DNA from: an uncultured Candidatus Binatia bacterium
GTDB taxonomy: Bacteria > Desulfobacterota > Binatia > UBA9968 > JAJDTQ01
Length of the DNA: 46,693 bases
Assembly (NCBI GenBank): GCA_965213675.1
Contig: CBDCAF010000013.1
Coordinates: 1-46,693, forward strand
Direction of reading: 5' to 3'
Under the pieces are notes generated by a model, which searched no databases, was not told the DNA's origin, and was given only the letters and a program-made list of their open reading frames with translations. This document shows, one piece after another, positions 28,885-38,637 of the stretch (position 1 is the first letter of the stretch; every line of letters begins with the position of its first letter). The translations under genes were made by a program, and so were the position numbers.

Positions 28885-30932
28885 ATTAATCGGAACTTCA
28901 CGGAGCAAGCAGTCCGGATTCTCTCTCCACCCCATTGAATTTCCGGGGTTTTCAGGCAATACAGCGTGATTTCAACCTGTCACGCTTATGGGAACAGTTT
29001 GATCGGGATTGACCTCCAGAAGTTCGAATGCCCGGCGCTGCAGCCTGGTCGGCCGGGTCACGACCGGCATCCCAGCCCCGTCCGTGCCGGGCAGGCGGAC
29101 GGTGTTCACCGTCACGCCGGACAGATCGTCGAGCAGGGTGCGGAAACTGTGCACCGGCAATCCGTCCGGGGTCTGCCCGGTCGATGCCTTGCGCCTGGCG
29201 CCGGCGGACGGCTCGGCCTTTTGTACCGGCGTCGCCCGGCGCCCACGGGCCGCTTCCCGGTCATCTTCCTCGAACAGCAGCGGTACCAGCCGCTGACGCA
29301 GGTGCCATTCGACGTAGTAGGCCAGCATGCACAGGAACACATGGCCGCGCACATGATCCTCGGTATAGACGTGGACAGGCCGCACCCGGAGGTCGAACTT
29401 GATCACCCGGAACGCCCGCTCCACCGTGGCCAGGCTCTTGTAGGCCTCCACCGTGGCCCCGGCGCCCATGGCCCCGGCAGGGAGGCTGGTGCGGATGACA
29501 TAGATGCCGTCGAAGCGGGCCTCGGACTCGATCTTCCCCTGGCGCCGCCGCCAGGTCATGCGGCGCTTCCCGATGGTGATCTCGAAGTGCTTCTCCACCC
29601 GCCGGTGGTTGGCCTCGCAGCCGACCCGCCGCCCGATCTTGGCCTGGCCCCGGAGGGTGCCGGCCCGGACCTGGGCCTCGATGCGCTCGAGCACCCGCTC
29701 CGTCGCCTGCAACAGTGCCTCGCGCTTCCGGCGGCGTTCCTCGCGCAGGCGCGGATTGAGGCAGACCATGAGCCGTTCCCCGGGGAAGTCGGGGCTGCGG
29801 ACCTCGGCCACCGCATCGGGCACCAGGGCATCCGGCGCCAGCACCGGGGCGGCCCCGGCGGACGCCCCGGCAAGCTTGCGCAGGTCCGCCGTCTTCAGCG
29901 CCGAGATCCAGGCCAGACCGGCCGGCTCGAGATCGGCACGAATCCGGGCCGTGGTGATCATCCCCCGGTCCCCCACCAGGGCGATACGGGCCATGCCGAA
30001 CCGGGCGCGGATCTTCTCCACCTGGGACGCCACCGTGGTCGGATCCCCGGTGTTGCCGGCAAACAGCTCCACCGCCACCGGGCAGCCTTCGGAACTGCAC
30101 AGCAGACCGAAGACGATCTGCTTCTTGCCCTTCTTGCCGTCCCGGTTGTGGCCAAAGGCCGCCAGCGGACAACACCGCCCCTCCAGATAGGAACTCGACA
30201 CGTCGTAGAGGATCAGGGTCCCATCCCGCAGGTGCCGCCTGGCCAGGGTCCGCTCGATCCATGGCTGGCGCCGGACCAGCCAGTCCAGCATGTCCAGCAG
30301 TTCATTGCCGCTGACCGGGCCGAGTTCGAGCAGGGCGCCGAGACTGCTGGTGGCAGTCTCCGGCGACAGGCGCCGCGCGGTGGCCAGCTTGGAGTCCGGA
30401 AACAGGACCCGGGCGACGATCGCGGCCAGCGCCAACTGCCGCTCGCGGCCGCGGGCGCGGTGCAGCAGGCGCTCGAACCCGAGCCGACGGGCGGTCCCGA
30501 GCACCGCGATGACATGGCCGTGATCGAGCGAGCGCTCGATGGTCAGGAGATCGGACAGATTGTTGACGGCCACGCCGCCCTTGAGGACGGTGCGGAACCC
30601 CTCGATGATCTCGGGGGGCAGCTTGGAGAGGTTGGCGATGGTCTTCTTGCGGATCCGGGTACCTTCGCGCCAGGCCTGACGCAGGAGGACGGCGGGCTTG
30701 CCGGCCTGGTTGGGTACGAATTCGATGTTGAAGGCCAAGGGAGAGATTCTATTATGGGAACATGGATTCGAGTGTATTCTGGCTGTACTGTTCCCGTCAA
30801 TAGAGATTCGAACGACATGCGCCAAATCATATTATGGGAACATATATCCAGTTCCGGCCTGTCTGAATACGTCGAATCCCCACCGAAATCAATCAGTTGG
30901 GTGTATCAGGGGCTCGTGAAGTTCCGATTAAT
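28885..30932 (-). mobile_element. IS1634-family element
   Basis: Perfect 18-bp inverted ends ATTAATCGGAACTTCACG (28885-28902 / 30915-30932); the outer TTAA may be target sequence. Confidence 0.88.
28972..30825 (-). CDS. IS1634-family transposase (true start possibly TTG 30738)
   Basis: LYDVSSSYLEG, GHNRDGKKGKKQI, VGDRGMI, YKSLATVERAFR, RGHVFLCMLAYY. Confidence 0.92.
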   Translation of the reverse strand: MAHVVRISIDGNSTARIHSNPCSHNRISPLAFNIEFVPNQAGKPAVLLRQAWREGTRIRKKTIANLSKLPPEIIEGFRTVLKGGVAVNNLSDLLTIERSLDHGHVIAVLGTARRLGFERLLHRARGRERQLALAAIVARVLFPDSKLATARRLSPETATSSLGALLELGPVSGNELLDMLDWLVRRQPWIERTLARRHLRDGTLILYDVSSSYLEGRCCPLAAFGHNRDGKKGKKQIVFGLLCSSEGCPVAVELFAGNTGDPTTVASQVEKIRARFGMARIALVGDRGMITTARIRADLEPAGLAWISALKTADLRKLAGASAGAAPVLAPDALVPDAVAEVRSPDFPGERLMVCLNPRLREERRRKREALLQATERVLERIEAQVRAGTLRGQAKIGRRVGCEANHRRVEKHFEITIGKRRMTWRRRQGKIESEARFDGIYVIRTSLPAGAMGAGATVEAYKSLATVERAFRVIKFDLRVRPVHVYTEDHVRGHVFLCMLAYYVEWHLRQRLVPLLFEEDDREAARGRRATPVQKAEPSAGARRKASTGQTPDGLPVHSFRTLLDDLSGVTVNTVRLPGTDGAGMPVVTRPTRLQRRAFELLEVNPDQTVPISVTG

Positions 30933-31288
30933 TCAGCCAAATTTAGCCGAACGCGCCAGCCGTCCTTTGATGGACACCAAGTCTTTGGATATTGCGACAG
31001 TGCCGTTTCAAGAGGTGCCAAATCGCTCAGAAACGCGGAAAAACAACTCCTCAAAATCCGACATTACATAAATTACTGGGCCTAACATGCACCCACGGGC
31101 CAGAAGGTATTGAAAATCCAGTATTTCAGGCATCCTCTGTACCCTGTCGTAATCAATCCGTAACTCTGTGGATTCAACATTCAGGCATCCCGGGATGGAT
31201 ACTGGCTGCATCATCTCCACCTGTTTTCCGAACCATCCCGAAATCCACCCGCCGACCGCCCCGAACCCCGGAAATCCGCCGGAGCCCC

Positions 31289-32068
31289 CTACAGGTTGCC
31301 GGATTCACCATCAGGACGGTTGGCAACGCTGAGCCTGGCATAAGGCACCAGCCATACGCCATCGCTGCATTTGACCTTGGCACGCTTTAGGTTCATGCGC
31401 ATGATGGTGCCCGTCCAGCGTTCGCCGCGGTTGATGAATGACACGGTATCTCCCCTGCGGAATTTCTCCCTGGCGTCCTCCCGGTGACGCCGCCCCTCGT
31501 CGCTTTCGGGCAGGCAGGACTTCGGCGTCGCGCCGATCCGCCGGGCAATGGCTTTCCAGGCCGGGCCGTGACCCGCCTCCGGACCGGCCAGCGCGTGGGC
31601 GATCTCGTGCAGGATCGTGTCGGTGACCTGTCCCGGGGGACCGTTCACCGCATGGGGCCGGCTGAGCAGGATGAGCTTCTCCCGTGGCCGGCATTCCCCC
31701 AGCTTCCTCCGCGCCACGTTGAAGTGCAGCATCCACTCCTCCAGCCCATGGCGGTTCATCAACTCGCGCGCCTGCATCGCCACTTCCCTCAACCGGGCCG
31801 CACGCGGCCGGCGGTCGCCAGCCGTGGATTCGCAAAGGTGATCGAGCCCGATGTAGTGCACCGCCCATCTGCCGGTATCGCACCGCACACTGGCGCGTTT
31901 CGGGTTCAGCTTCTCGACAGTGCCAGTCATCGTGCCGCCATCGCCGGTGTTGAACCGCACCCGGTCACCAACCTCGAAAAACACCTGGATGTCCTCGAGG
32001 CGCAACATGCGCGCCAGACCCGGCTCCAGGTTTCCAATGAGCAGATCAACCCAGTCCGTGTTCAGCAT
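31289..32068 (-). CDS. SprT-like zinc metalloprotease flanked by two similar small beta (SH3/KOW-like) domains
   Basis: RRKLGEC, DTILHEIAHAL, GHGPAWK; repeated F..GD.V.F....TGT...N.KRA.V.C..G.W.V.Y..L at both ends. Confidence 0.8.
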   Translation of the reverse strand: MLNTDWVDLLIGNLEPGLARMLRLEDIQVFFEVGDRVRFNTGDGGTMTGTVEKLNPKRASVRCDTGRWAVHYIGLDHLCESTAGDRRPRAARLREVAMQARELMNRHGLEEWMLHFNVARRKLGECRPREKLILLSRPHAVNGPPGQVTDTILHEIAHALAGPEAGHGPAWKAIARRIGATPKSCLPESDEGRRHREDAREKFRRGDTVSFINRGERWTGTIMRMNLKRAKVKCSDGVWLVPYARLSVANRPDGESGNL

Positions 32069-32344
32069 CCGGCGCTCGATTCCAGCATCATTTCACAATG
32101 TGGTTCGGTCATGGGAAGGGGATATGGTCATCCGCAAAACCGCGGATTCTGCCATGCCGGCGATTGGTTTGGGGTGGATTCACTGCACCCGGACAGATGC
32201 GACAATGACCATGTCCTGTGAACTCCGACCGGACCCAACATTGCCCTCCTCCCCGTCCGGCTGTCGATCATGGTGAAACTCCTACCGGGGTTATAATCCT
32301 GCGCTGGACCATCCATGCCGATTCACCCGAATCCCTTATTCCCG

Positions 32345-32671
32345 ATGTACAAGATCTACAAGTCTCCCCTTGCCAAGTCCCAGATCGTCCGCACCATCTC
32401 AGAGGACACCGGCCTTTCCCGCAAGGATGTGGCCGCCGTCCTGAACTCGCTCGGCAACCTCATCCGGGCGCATGTGAAACCCCGCTCCTGCGGTCTTTTC
32501 AGGCTGCCGGGCATGCTGAGAATCTCGGTGGTCAGGAAACCCGCCACCAGGGCCCGCAAGGGCGTGCCGAATCCCTTCCGCCCCGGGGAGACCATGGATG
32601 TCCCCGCAAAGCCCGCAAGCCGCAGGGTCAAGGTCTATCCCTTGAAAGGCCTCAGGGACATGGCTTCCTGA
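32345..32671 (+). CDS. HU-family nucleoid-associated DNA-binding protein
   Basis: KSQIVRTISEDTGLSRKDV...LPGMLRI..KPATRARKGVPNPF..KPASRRVKVYPLKGL. Confidence 0.85.
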   Translation: MYKIYKSPLAKSQIVRTISEDTGLSRKDVAAVLNSLGNLIRAHVKPRSCGLFRLPGMLRISVVRKPATRARKGVPNPFRPGETMDVPAKPASRRVKVYPLKGLRDMAS

Positions 32672-32718
32672 GAGCAGATCATGTCGGACAACCGCCCGGC
32701 CCGCGTCTTTCGGGGCCG

Positions 32719-33012
32719 ATGGAGTTGGTCTGGACACCACTTCCGGGATCAGTCATGAGTACCCTGGCGAAACCGTGGCTGGAGGAGATCGATGAACTCC
32801 ACCCCTGGACATGCGAGTGCCGTCCGGACGACGAGGATGATTCTGAAATCATGATTGTTGTGTTGGACAGCATCCTTTCACTGCTCGAGCTGGACGATGA
32901 AGGGGCAGAGAAAGATATGCTGGACGGGTCGGACGAGCTCCAGCAGTTCGTCTGTATTAAATTGACCGACAACATGGACGGGTTCCACCTGCCCCACAGT
33001 TCGCTGCATTGA
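32719..33012 (+). CDS. Small highly acidic hypothetical protein
   Basis: 97 aa from ATG 32719, about 24 Asp/Glu versus 4 Lys/Arg by manual count; start uncertain. Confidence 0.5.
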   Translation: MELVWTPLPGSVMSTLAKPWLEEIDELHPWTCECRPDDEDDSEIMIVVLDSILSLLELDDEGAEKDMLDGSDELQQFVCIKLTDNMDGFHLPHSSLH

Positions 33013-33384
33013 TTCCCCAATGTCCGGACAACGACAGGCATTCGCCGCTTCCTGTTTTCGGCCCTGCCCCGGCCTGATTGCGCGGATGGTCGCGCTGCCC
33101 GGTAATTTCCACTGACGAAGTGTTCCGACAGCACCGCCCCCCGGCGGCGGATCCCCCATCGACCCATTTCAGGTTCCGGCATGGAGACCTGAGTGACTTT
33201 CCGGATTCCCCCCTTGCATCCGCGTAATCCCTGACTGTCCCGGATCCCGCTCCAATCCCGGCAGACCTCTCAGGCCGCCCAATGAGGTGAAGAGAGGTCG
33301 GGAACAGGGCGAAGGACGCGGCCGGGGAGGAAGGATTCCACCCGGCGTGTTTTTTCATCCCTATTTTCAATTCCGGAGGCCGTC

Positions 33385-33720
33385 ATGTCCAAAGACCCGG
33401 ACAAACCCGCTACACAGACAGGACCCGCATCGTGGGAACGGATGCTCGTCATCGTCCCGCCGGTTTTTCTTGGCCTCATTTCCACCCTCTCCGCTCCGGC
33501 CGCGCCTCTTCTGATCCTGGCCGTCGCATGGGTCGTGGCTGCCAGCCTCATCCTCGCCCTGCGCCGGGGCATCGTCCATGGCGACCGGTCCGCCTTCACG
33601 AACCGGCAGGAGCCGCCCGCCGACCACACGAAGGTGGACCTTTGCACCCGCACCGGCCTCTACCAATGGATGCGTGACTCGGAGGAACAGCTTCTTCATA
33701 ACGACCACCCCCCGGACTGA
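33385..33720 (+). CDS. Hypothetical membrane protein
   Basis: GGAGG RBS, two hydrophobic helices. Confidence 0.6.
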   Translation: MSKDPDKPATQTGPASWERMLVIVPPVFLGLISTLSAPAAPLLILAVAWVVAASLILALRRGIVHGDRSAFTNRQEPPADHTKVDLCTRTGLYQWMRDSEEQLLHNDHPPD

Positions 33721-33924
33721 TTCCTTTTTACAGTCAGCAGCGGACCCATGAAAATTCCGTTCGGGCAACAGACCGAACTCTTTCCCTGCTCCGATGACCG
33801 AATGATCCATATCTCACCATCCGCCTGCCCAACAGCGCCATGAGGCAATGGCCAGTTTTGTCAGGGCGAAATCCGGTGCTGAAGAGAGCCCCGGAATTTC
33901 CGATCAACCATCCGGAGAACGCCC

Positions 33925-34944
33925 ATGACCGAATCCATATCCGCGGACTACACCCTGCGGCCATCCGAACTCGCCTCGACTCTTTCAACCCTCATCGAGG
34001 CCCAACAGCCCGTGATGGTGTGGGGCCCTCCCGGCGCCGCAAAATCACAGATCGCCCAGCAGATCGCATCTGACGCCGGACGGCAGTACGTCGACGTCCG
34101 CGCCCTCCTGCTCGACCCCGTGGACCTTCGCGGCATCCCCTGGCGCGATTCGTCCGACCGCACCCGCTGGGCCCCGCCCGCCTTCCTGCCGCCCACCGAC
34201 GATCCCGGCCGCTGGCTCATCAACCTGGAGGAATTGCCCTCTGCCATCCCCATGGTCCAGGCCAGTCTGTATCAGTTGGTTCTGGACAGAAAGGTCGGGG
34301 AGTATGAACTGCCCGGGGGCGCCGCCATCATCGCCTGCGGCAACCGGGAGTCCGACCGCGGCGTCGTCCACCGCATGCCCACCCCCCTCGCCTCCCGGTT
34401 TGTTCATCTTGAGATTCGGGTGGATGCGACAGACTGGTGCAGCTGGGGCGCCGCCAACGGAATCGCCCCGGAGGTTCTGTTCTTCATTCAGCTCAGGCCG
34501 GAGCTGATTCATCAGTTCGATCCGAAGTCCAAGGAAACCGCGTTTGCCTGTCCCCGCACGTGGGAATTCATATCACACATCCTCAAGCACCGAAGCGGCC
34601 TGGACCCTGCTGCAGAAAAGGCATTGTTCCGGGGGACCGTCGGTGAGGCGGCCGCCGTGGAGTTTTCGGCATTCCTGAACATCTGGCGGGAACTGCCCCA
34701 CCCCCGTGCCGTCATCGACGACCCGGAGAATGCCGACATCCCGGAGAACTCCAGCGCATTGATCGCGCTGTGCGGTTCCCTCTACCGCCTCGCCAGCGAC
34801 GTCAACCTCGATTCCATCGTCGCCTATGCCACCCGCCTTCGCCGCGAGGTCGGGGAGTTCCTGGTCGGCTCCTGCATCCGCAGGGACCCGGACCTGCAAA
34901 GGACCCCGGCATTCATCCGCTGGGCCGCAAGCCGCACGGTTTGA
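33925..34944 (+). CDS. MoxR-like AAA+ ATPase
   Basis: WGPPGAAKS Walker A, DLRGIP, INLEEL at Walker B, ACGNR sensor I, PLASRF Arg finger. Confidence 0.9.
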   Translation: MTESISADYTLRPSELASTLSTLIEAQQPVMVWGPPGAAKSQIAQQIASDAGRQYVDVRALLLDPVDLRGIPWRDSSDRTRWAPPAFLPPTDDPGRWLINLEELPSAIPMVQASLYQLVLDRKVGEYELPGGAAIIACGNRESDRGVVHRMPTPLASRFVHLEIRVDATDWCSWGAANGIAPEVLFFIQLRPELIHQFDPKSKETAFACPRTWEFISHILKHRSGLDPAAEKALFRGTVGEAAAVEFSAFLNIWRELPHPRAVIDDPENADIPENSSALIALCGSLYRLASDVNLDSIVAYATRLRREVGEFLVGSCIRRDPDLQRTPAFIRWAASRTV

Positions 34945-35027
34945 TTATTTCCTGCTTCTCATTTGGCCCTTTCCTCTCATTCAACCCCGTTCATCCCTGA
35001 TTTGACAAACCATCCCGGAGGTAACCG

Positions 35028-35927
35028 ATGGAACTTGAAAAAGACGCGATGCTGGTCAGCCTGCGGATCACCGCATGGTCCGGATGGCTCTACGACCGCA
35101 AGGCCAGCGACCATGTCGCCGCCAGCCACGACGCCAGCTTCACCGCCGGCCGGTACAACAAGCGCCTGCTCCCCAAGTCGGCTTTTTCAAGCCTCAATGC
35201 GGCCATGGGCAGGGCGCGTACGCTTCATTATGAAAACACCCTTCCCTGGGACGATCAGGGTTCCAGGCTGCTCACGGTGGCCAACTACGAGCACTACACG
35301 GAACTGATGGACATCATGCGGGAGAAGGTGGTGCGGGAAAGAGCCCGGTTCATCCAGGACTACGACGAAAACGTCGAACAGGCCCGGATCGACCTCGGAA
35401 AGCTCTTCCGCATGGAAGACTATCCCTCGAAGGAGAACCTGCAGGACAGGTTCGGCATCTACTACCGCATTGTTCCTGTTCCCAATGCGGATCACTTCAT
35501 GGCAAGGCTCGCCACGAACGATACCGCCAAAGTGAAAAGGGATATTGAGCGGCAGGTGGGTGAGCGGCTCCATGATGCCGTAGGGGATCTGTACAGAAGG
35601 CTGGGAGAAGCCGTCGGGCGGGTTTCCAGGCGCCTGCAGGAAGATCAGGACGGAAAACCGCTGGTGTTCCGGAACTCCATGATCGAGAACATCCGGGAGC
35701 TGGTGGACATCGTTCCCCGCCTGAACATCTTCGGCAACGAGGACCTGGCCCGGTTGTGCGAGCAGGTGAAGGACCGGATCGCGAATGTTGATCCCGACAC
35801 GCTCCGGCTCTCACGGACCTACGACCCGATGGTCCGCAGGCAGGTGAAGCGGGACGCCGACGCACTGATGGAACAGTTCGCCGGTTATTTTATTCATCAG
35901 GATGAACCTGTGCGGGAGGCTGCCTGA
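35028..35927 (+). CDS. DUF3150-like helical protein of MGE AAA/vWA clusters
   Basis: MLVSLRITAWSG..DRKAS..AGRYNKRLLP..TLPWDDQGSRLL; GGAGG RBS; family call tentative. Confidence 0.55.
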   Translation: MELEKDAMLVSLRITAWSGWLYDRKASDHVAASHDASFTAGRYNKRLLPKSAFSSLNAAMGRARTLHYENTLPWDDQGSRLLTVANYEHYTELMDIMREKVVRERARFIQDYDENVEQARIDLGKLFRMEDYPSKENLQDRFGIYYRIVPVPNADHFMARLATNDTAKVKRDIERQVGERLHDAVGDLYRRLGEAVGRVSRRLQEDQDGKPLVFRNSMIENIRELVDIVPRLNIFGNEDLARLCEQVKDRIANVDPDTLRLSRTYDPMVRRQVKRDADALMEQFAGYFIHQDEPVREAA

Positions 35928-37355
35928 TGGCTCCTCATCCCTCCCGAGTGACTGTGGAATCCGCCCGGCGCGTCAGCGACTGCGTGACCGGGCTCGTACG
36001 TGCACAACCCTTCTTCGGCAGCCTGGCCCTCCGACTGCCTCTTTGTCCCGACCTCACGAGGAAAACGCTTGCAAGTGATGGACAAAATATACGGTATTCG
36101 CCGCAGTGGATTGCGGACACGGACGCGCACCTGGTGGAGGCCGCCATCGCCCGGGTGTTGCTTGCCTGCGCGCTCAAGCATCATACCCGTCGTAACGACC
36201 GTGATCCGGAGAGGTGGCAGCGGGCCTCGCAGCTCGTCACCCACGGAATGCTGCGGGACGCCGGGTTCACCCTGCCTGAGGATGCCGAAGCGTGGGAGGG
36301 GATGAGCGTGGAGGAGGCATACAACCGCCTTCCGGAGCCCGAACCGGAGGGTGGGGGTTCAAACGGCGATCCCCAACCTGACGCCGGCATGGCCATGCCG
36401 GGCGCTGCGGGCGCGGATGACGATTCGAGGGATTCCGGCGATGCCGATGATGCCGGTGATTCCGTCAGTGATGACAGCCGGGAAACCCCCGGGGATCCGG
36501 ATCATGGGGATGATCAGAATGACCCTGGTCAACCGGAAGATGAAAAATCCCGGGACTTCGGGAACGGCGCCGCATCTGACGCACAAAAAAGCCATGATCC
36601 CTTGGGTACGGGTGAGGTCATGGATTCTTTCATGCATCAGGATCGAGCGGCAGGGGACTCGGCGGGGGGGGGGGGGGGGGGATTCGACGAGCCTGACGGT
36701 TGAGGAAGAAAAAAAATGGGACGAGGCGATGCATCAGGCGTTGAATCTCGCAAAGGCCGAGGGGAAGGTTCCGGGGCAGGTCCGGGCGATGATCCGGGAC
36801 GCCCATGCGAGCGCCGTGGACTGGCGGACCCTGCTGCGCCGGTACCTGACCGACGCCGCCGGACGGGACTACAGCTGGAGCCTGCCCAACCGCCGCTTCA
36901 TCGACGGCGGGCTCTACATGCCGTCGATCCGCTCCGAGGGGATCGACGGCATCGCCGTGATCATCGACACCTCCGGCTCGATCTGGTGCCGGCCGCAGAT
37001 CCTGGAGACGTTCTGGTCCGAGGTGCGCCAGATGATCATGGAAATACAGCCCCAGGAGGTAATCGTGCTGCAGGTGGACACCGTCCTGCAGGATGTGGCG
37101 GAGTACTCATATTCCGACCTGCCCGAGGAAATCGAACTCAAGGGCCGGGGCGGCACCGACTTCCGGCCGGGCTTCGCCTGGCTGGAGGAACAGGGGAAAC
37201 AGCCGGGGGTCTGCCTCTACCTCACGGACATGGAGTGTTCTTCGTATCCGGAAACCGAACCGGCCTACCCTGTTGTCTGGATCAACTGGGGATCCGTTCC
37301 GGGCGAATGGAACCGGGAGCCCCGGGGCGAGCGGATCGACATGGCCGACATCTGA
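35927..37355 (+). pseudogene. DUF2201 metallopeptidase-like + vWA-like protein, out of frame at a G18 tract
   Basis: N-part PFFGSLALRL..TLASDG..HHTRR..RDPERW; acidic linker; C-part VDWRTLLRRY..YSWSLPNRR..IDTSGS (MIDAS)..GRGGTDF..YLTD; TGATG coupling to the upstream gene. Confidence 0.85.
36664..36681 (+). repeat. Poly-G homopolymer (G18)
   Basis: Direct count of the G run; lies at the frame switch. Confidence 0.9.
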
Positions 37356-37504
37356 TTGTTCCTGCACAGGCCTCTTGATGCGGGAGGCTCCGTTGCGTCG
37401 CTTGATCCTGCCGCCAATCGCTCTTCGGCCATTGCCGGTCGCCCACACTCTTGTCGGGCGCCTCCGGATTCTCTCGCAGGAGTTGACCGGGGAGGATTCT
37501 TCCG

Positions 37505-38131
37505 TCATCGGGGCGGGCGGTAATCCCTTGCATCCAGGCAGGCATCGTAGAAGGCACGATCCATGCGAAACCAGTCCGTGCCCGCGATTCCCCTGCGCGC
37601 CGTTGCATCCGGGCCATCGGGAAACGCCGAGACAATCTTGAGCCAGCGTCCCTGGGGCCGCGAGATATCGCGGATTTCGCGCGCCACCTCGGCCAGGTCC
37701 TGATCCTGGCTGAAGATCACCGCCACATCCAGTTCCCCATTGCGGGCCATCCGCACGACATCGAGGCCCAGCCTCAGATCGATTCCCTTCTCGCGCATGA
37801 CCGGCACCTGGTGTCCGGTTCCATCCGGCAGGGTGATTCTTTCGATCCGGTGGTGCAACCGCCGGCTGGTTACGGAGATGCCGGCACGGCGCATCGCCGT
37901 CAGGCGTCGCGCCCAGTAGCCATGCCACATCTCCGAGTGCTCCGCTTCCGGAACGCCGGTGTAGAAGCGGACCCCGGTTTCCGACCAGTCATTGGCGGCA
38001 CAAACGGCTGCGGCGAGCTTGCCCGGGTCGTGGTTGGGATGATGGTGTCCGAACGCGTCCTTGGCGTGCCGGAACAGGTTCTGGCCGTCAAAGAACGAGA
38101 TGGCCCGTTTGACTGTCGGCTCTTGAGGCAT
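37505..38131 (-). CDS. NYN-domain (LabA/DUF88) nuclease
   Basis: FFDGQNLF, RFYTG, EKGIDLRLGLD, SQDQDL: acidic active-site residues intact. Confidence 0.9.
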   Translation of the reverse strand: MPQEPTVKRAISFFDGQNLFRHAKDAFGHHHPNHDPGKLAAAVCAANDWSETGVRFYTGVPEAEHSEMWHGYWARRLTAMRRAGISVTSRRLHHRIERITLPDGTGHQVPVMREKGIDLRLGLDVVRMARNGELDVAVIFSQDQDLAEVAREIRDISRPQGRWLKIVSAFPDGPDATARRGIAGTDWFRMDRAFYDACLDARDYRPPR

Positions 38132-38191
38132 CGTGCACGGAAATTATAGGGGCTTATATACATCGCCTGACAGTGGCCGGATCATCGGATT

Positions 38192-38569
38192 TTATGGTTC
38201 CTCCACCTCAAACCGGCGTGACGACCAAATGCCAGCCCACTCATTCGATCCCTCGTATTGGAAGAATACATTCTCCGCACACTCGCAATAAAACTCCCAA
38301 GCTTTCCGGAACGCAACCTCCCAAGCCTCATCCCAAGTCGCTCCGCTCTTGCGTACTACATGCAGATCGCCCTTGTGATCGTACAGACATGCCAACGCCT
38401 CAAGGCACCGTTCCGCTGTCTGTTCACTTTGCGCATGCGCAATGCTACCCATAGCATGACCCAGGGCCCCAGACACTCTTTGGTCATCCCCCGCGCGATA
38501 GTGTGGCTCGTATCTCATGCATCGTGGCCTGAAGTCGTGTTCGTCCCGCCACGGATAATTCTTAGTCAT
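38192..38569 (-). CDS. Hypothetical protein (125 aa) upstream of the NYN gene
   Basis: Open frame between the terminator-like hairpin and NYN; no family recognised. Confidence 0.55.
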   Translation of the reverse strand: MTKNYPWRDEHDFRPRCMRYEPHYRAGDDQRVSGALGHAMGSIAHAQSEQTAERCLEALACLYDHKGDLHVVRKSGATWDEAWEVAFRKAWEFYCECAENVFFQYEGSNEWAGIWSSRRFEVEEP

Positions 38570-38581
38570 ATGTTTAGCCCC

Positions 38582-38623
38582 AAATAATAACCCCGCCGGG
38601 GCCTTGCGGCGAGTCCGGCGGGG
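38582..38623 (-). terminator. Intrinsic terminator-like hairpin with inner GCAA tetraloop
   Basis: Minus strand CCCCGCCGG-ACTC-GCC-GCAA-GGC-C-CCGGCGGGG-TTATTATTT. Confidence 0.75.
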
Positions 38624-38637
38624 ACCAATTCCCGGAA

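Noticed and set aside
28966-31071. 701-aa plus-strand ORF
   Set aside because: Antisense shadow of the GC-rich IS1634 transposase; no motifs
33925-34944. Walker A GPPGAAKS as a defective motif
   Set aside because: AK[ST] is normal in MoxR-class AAA+ proteins
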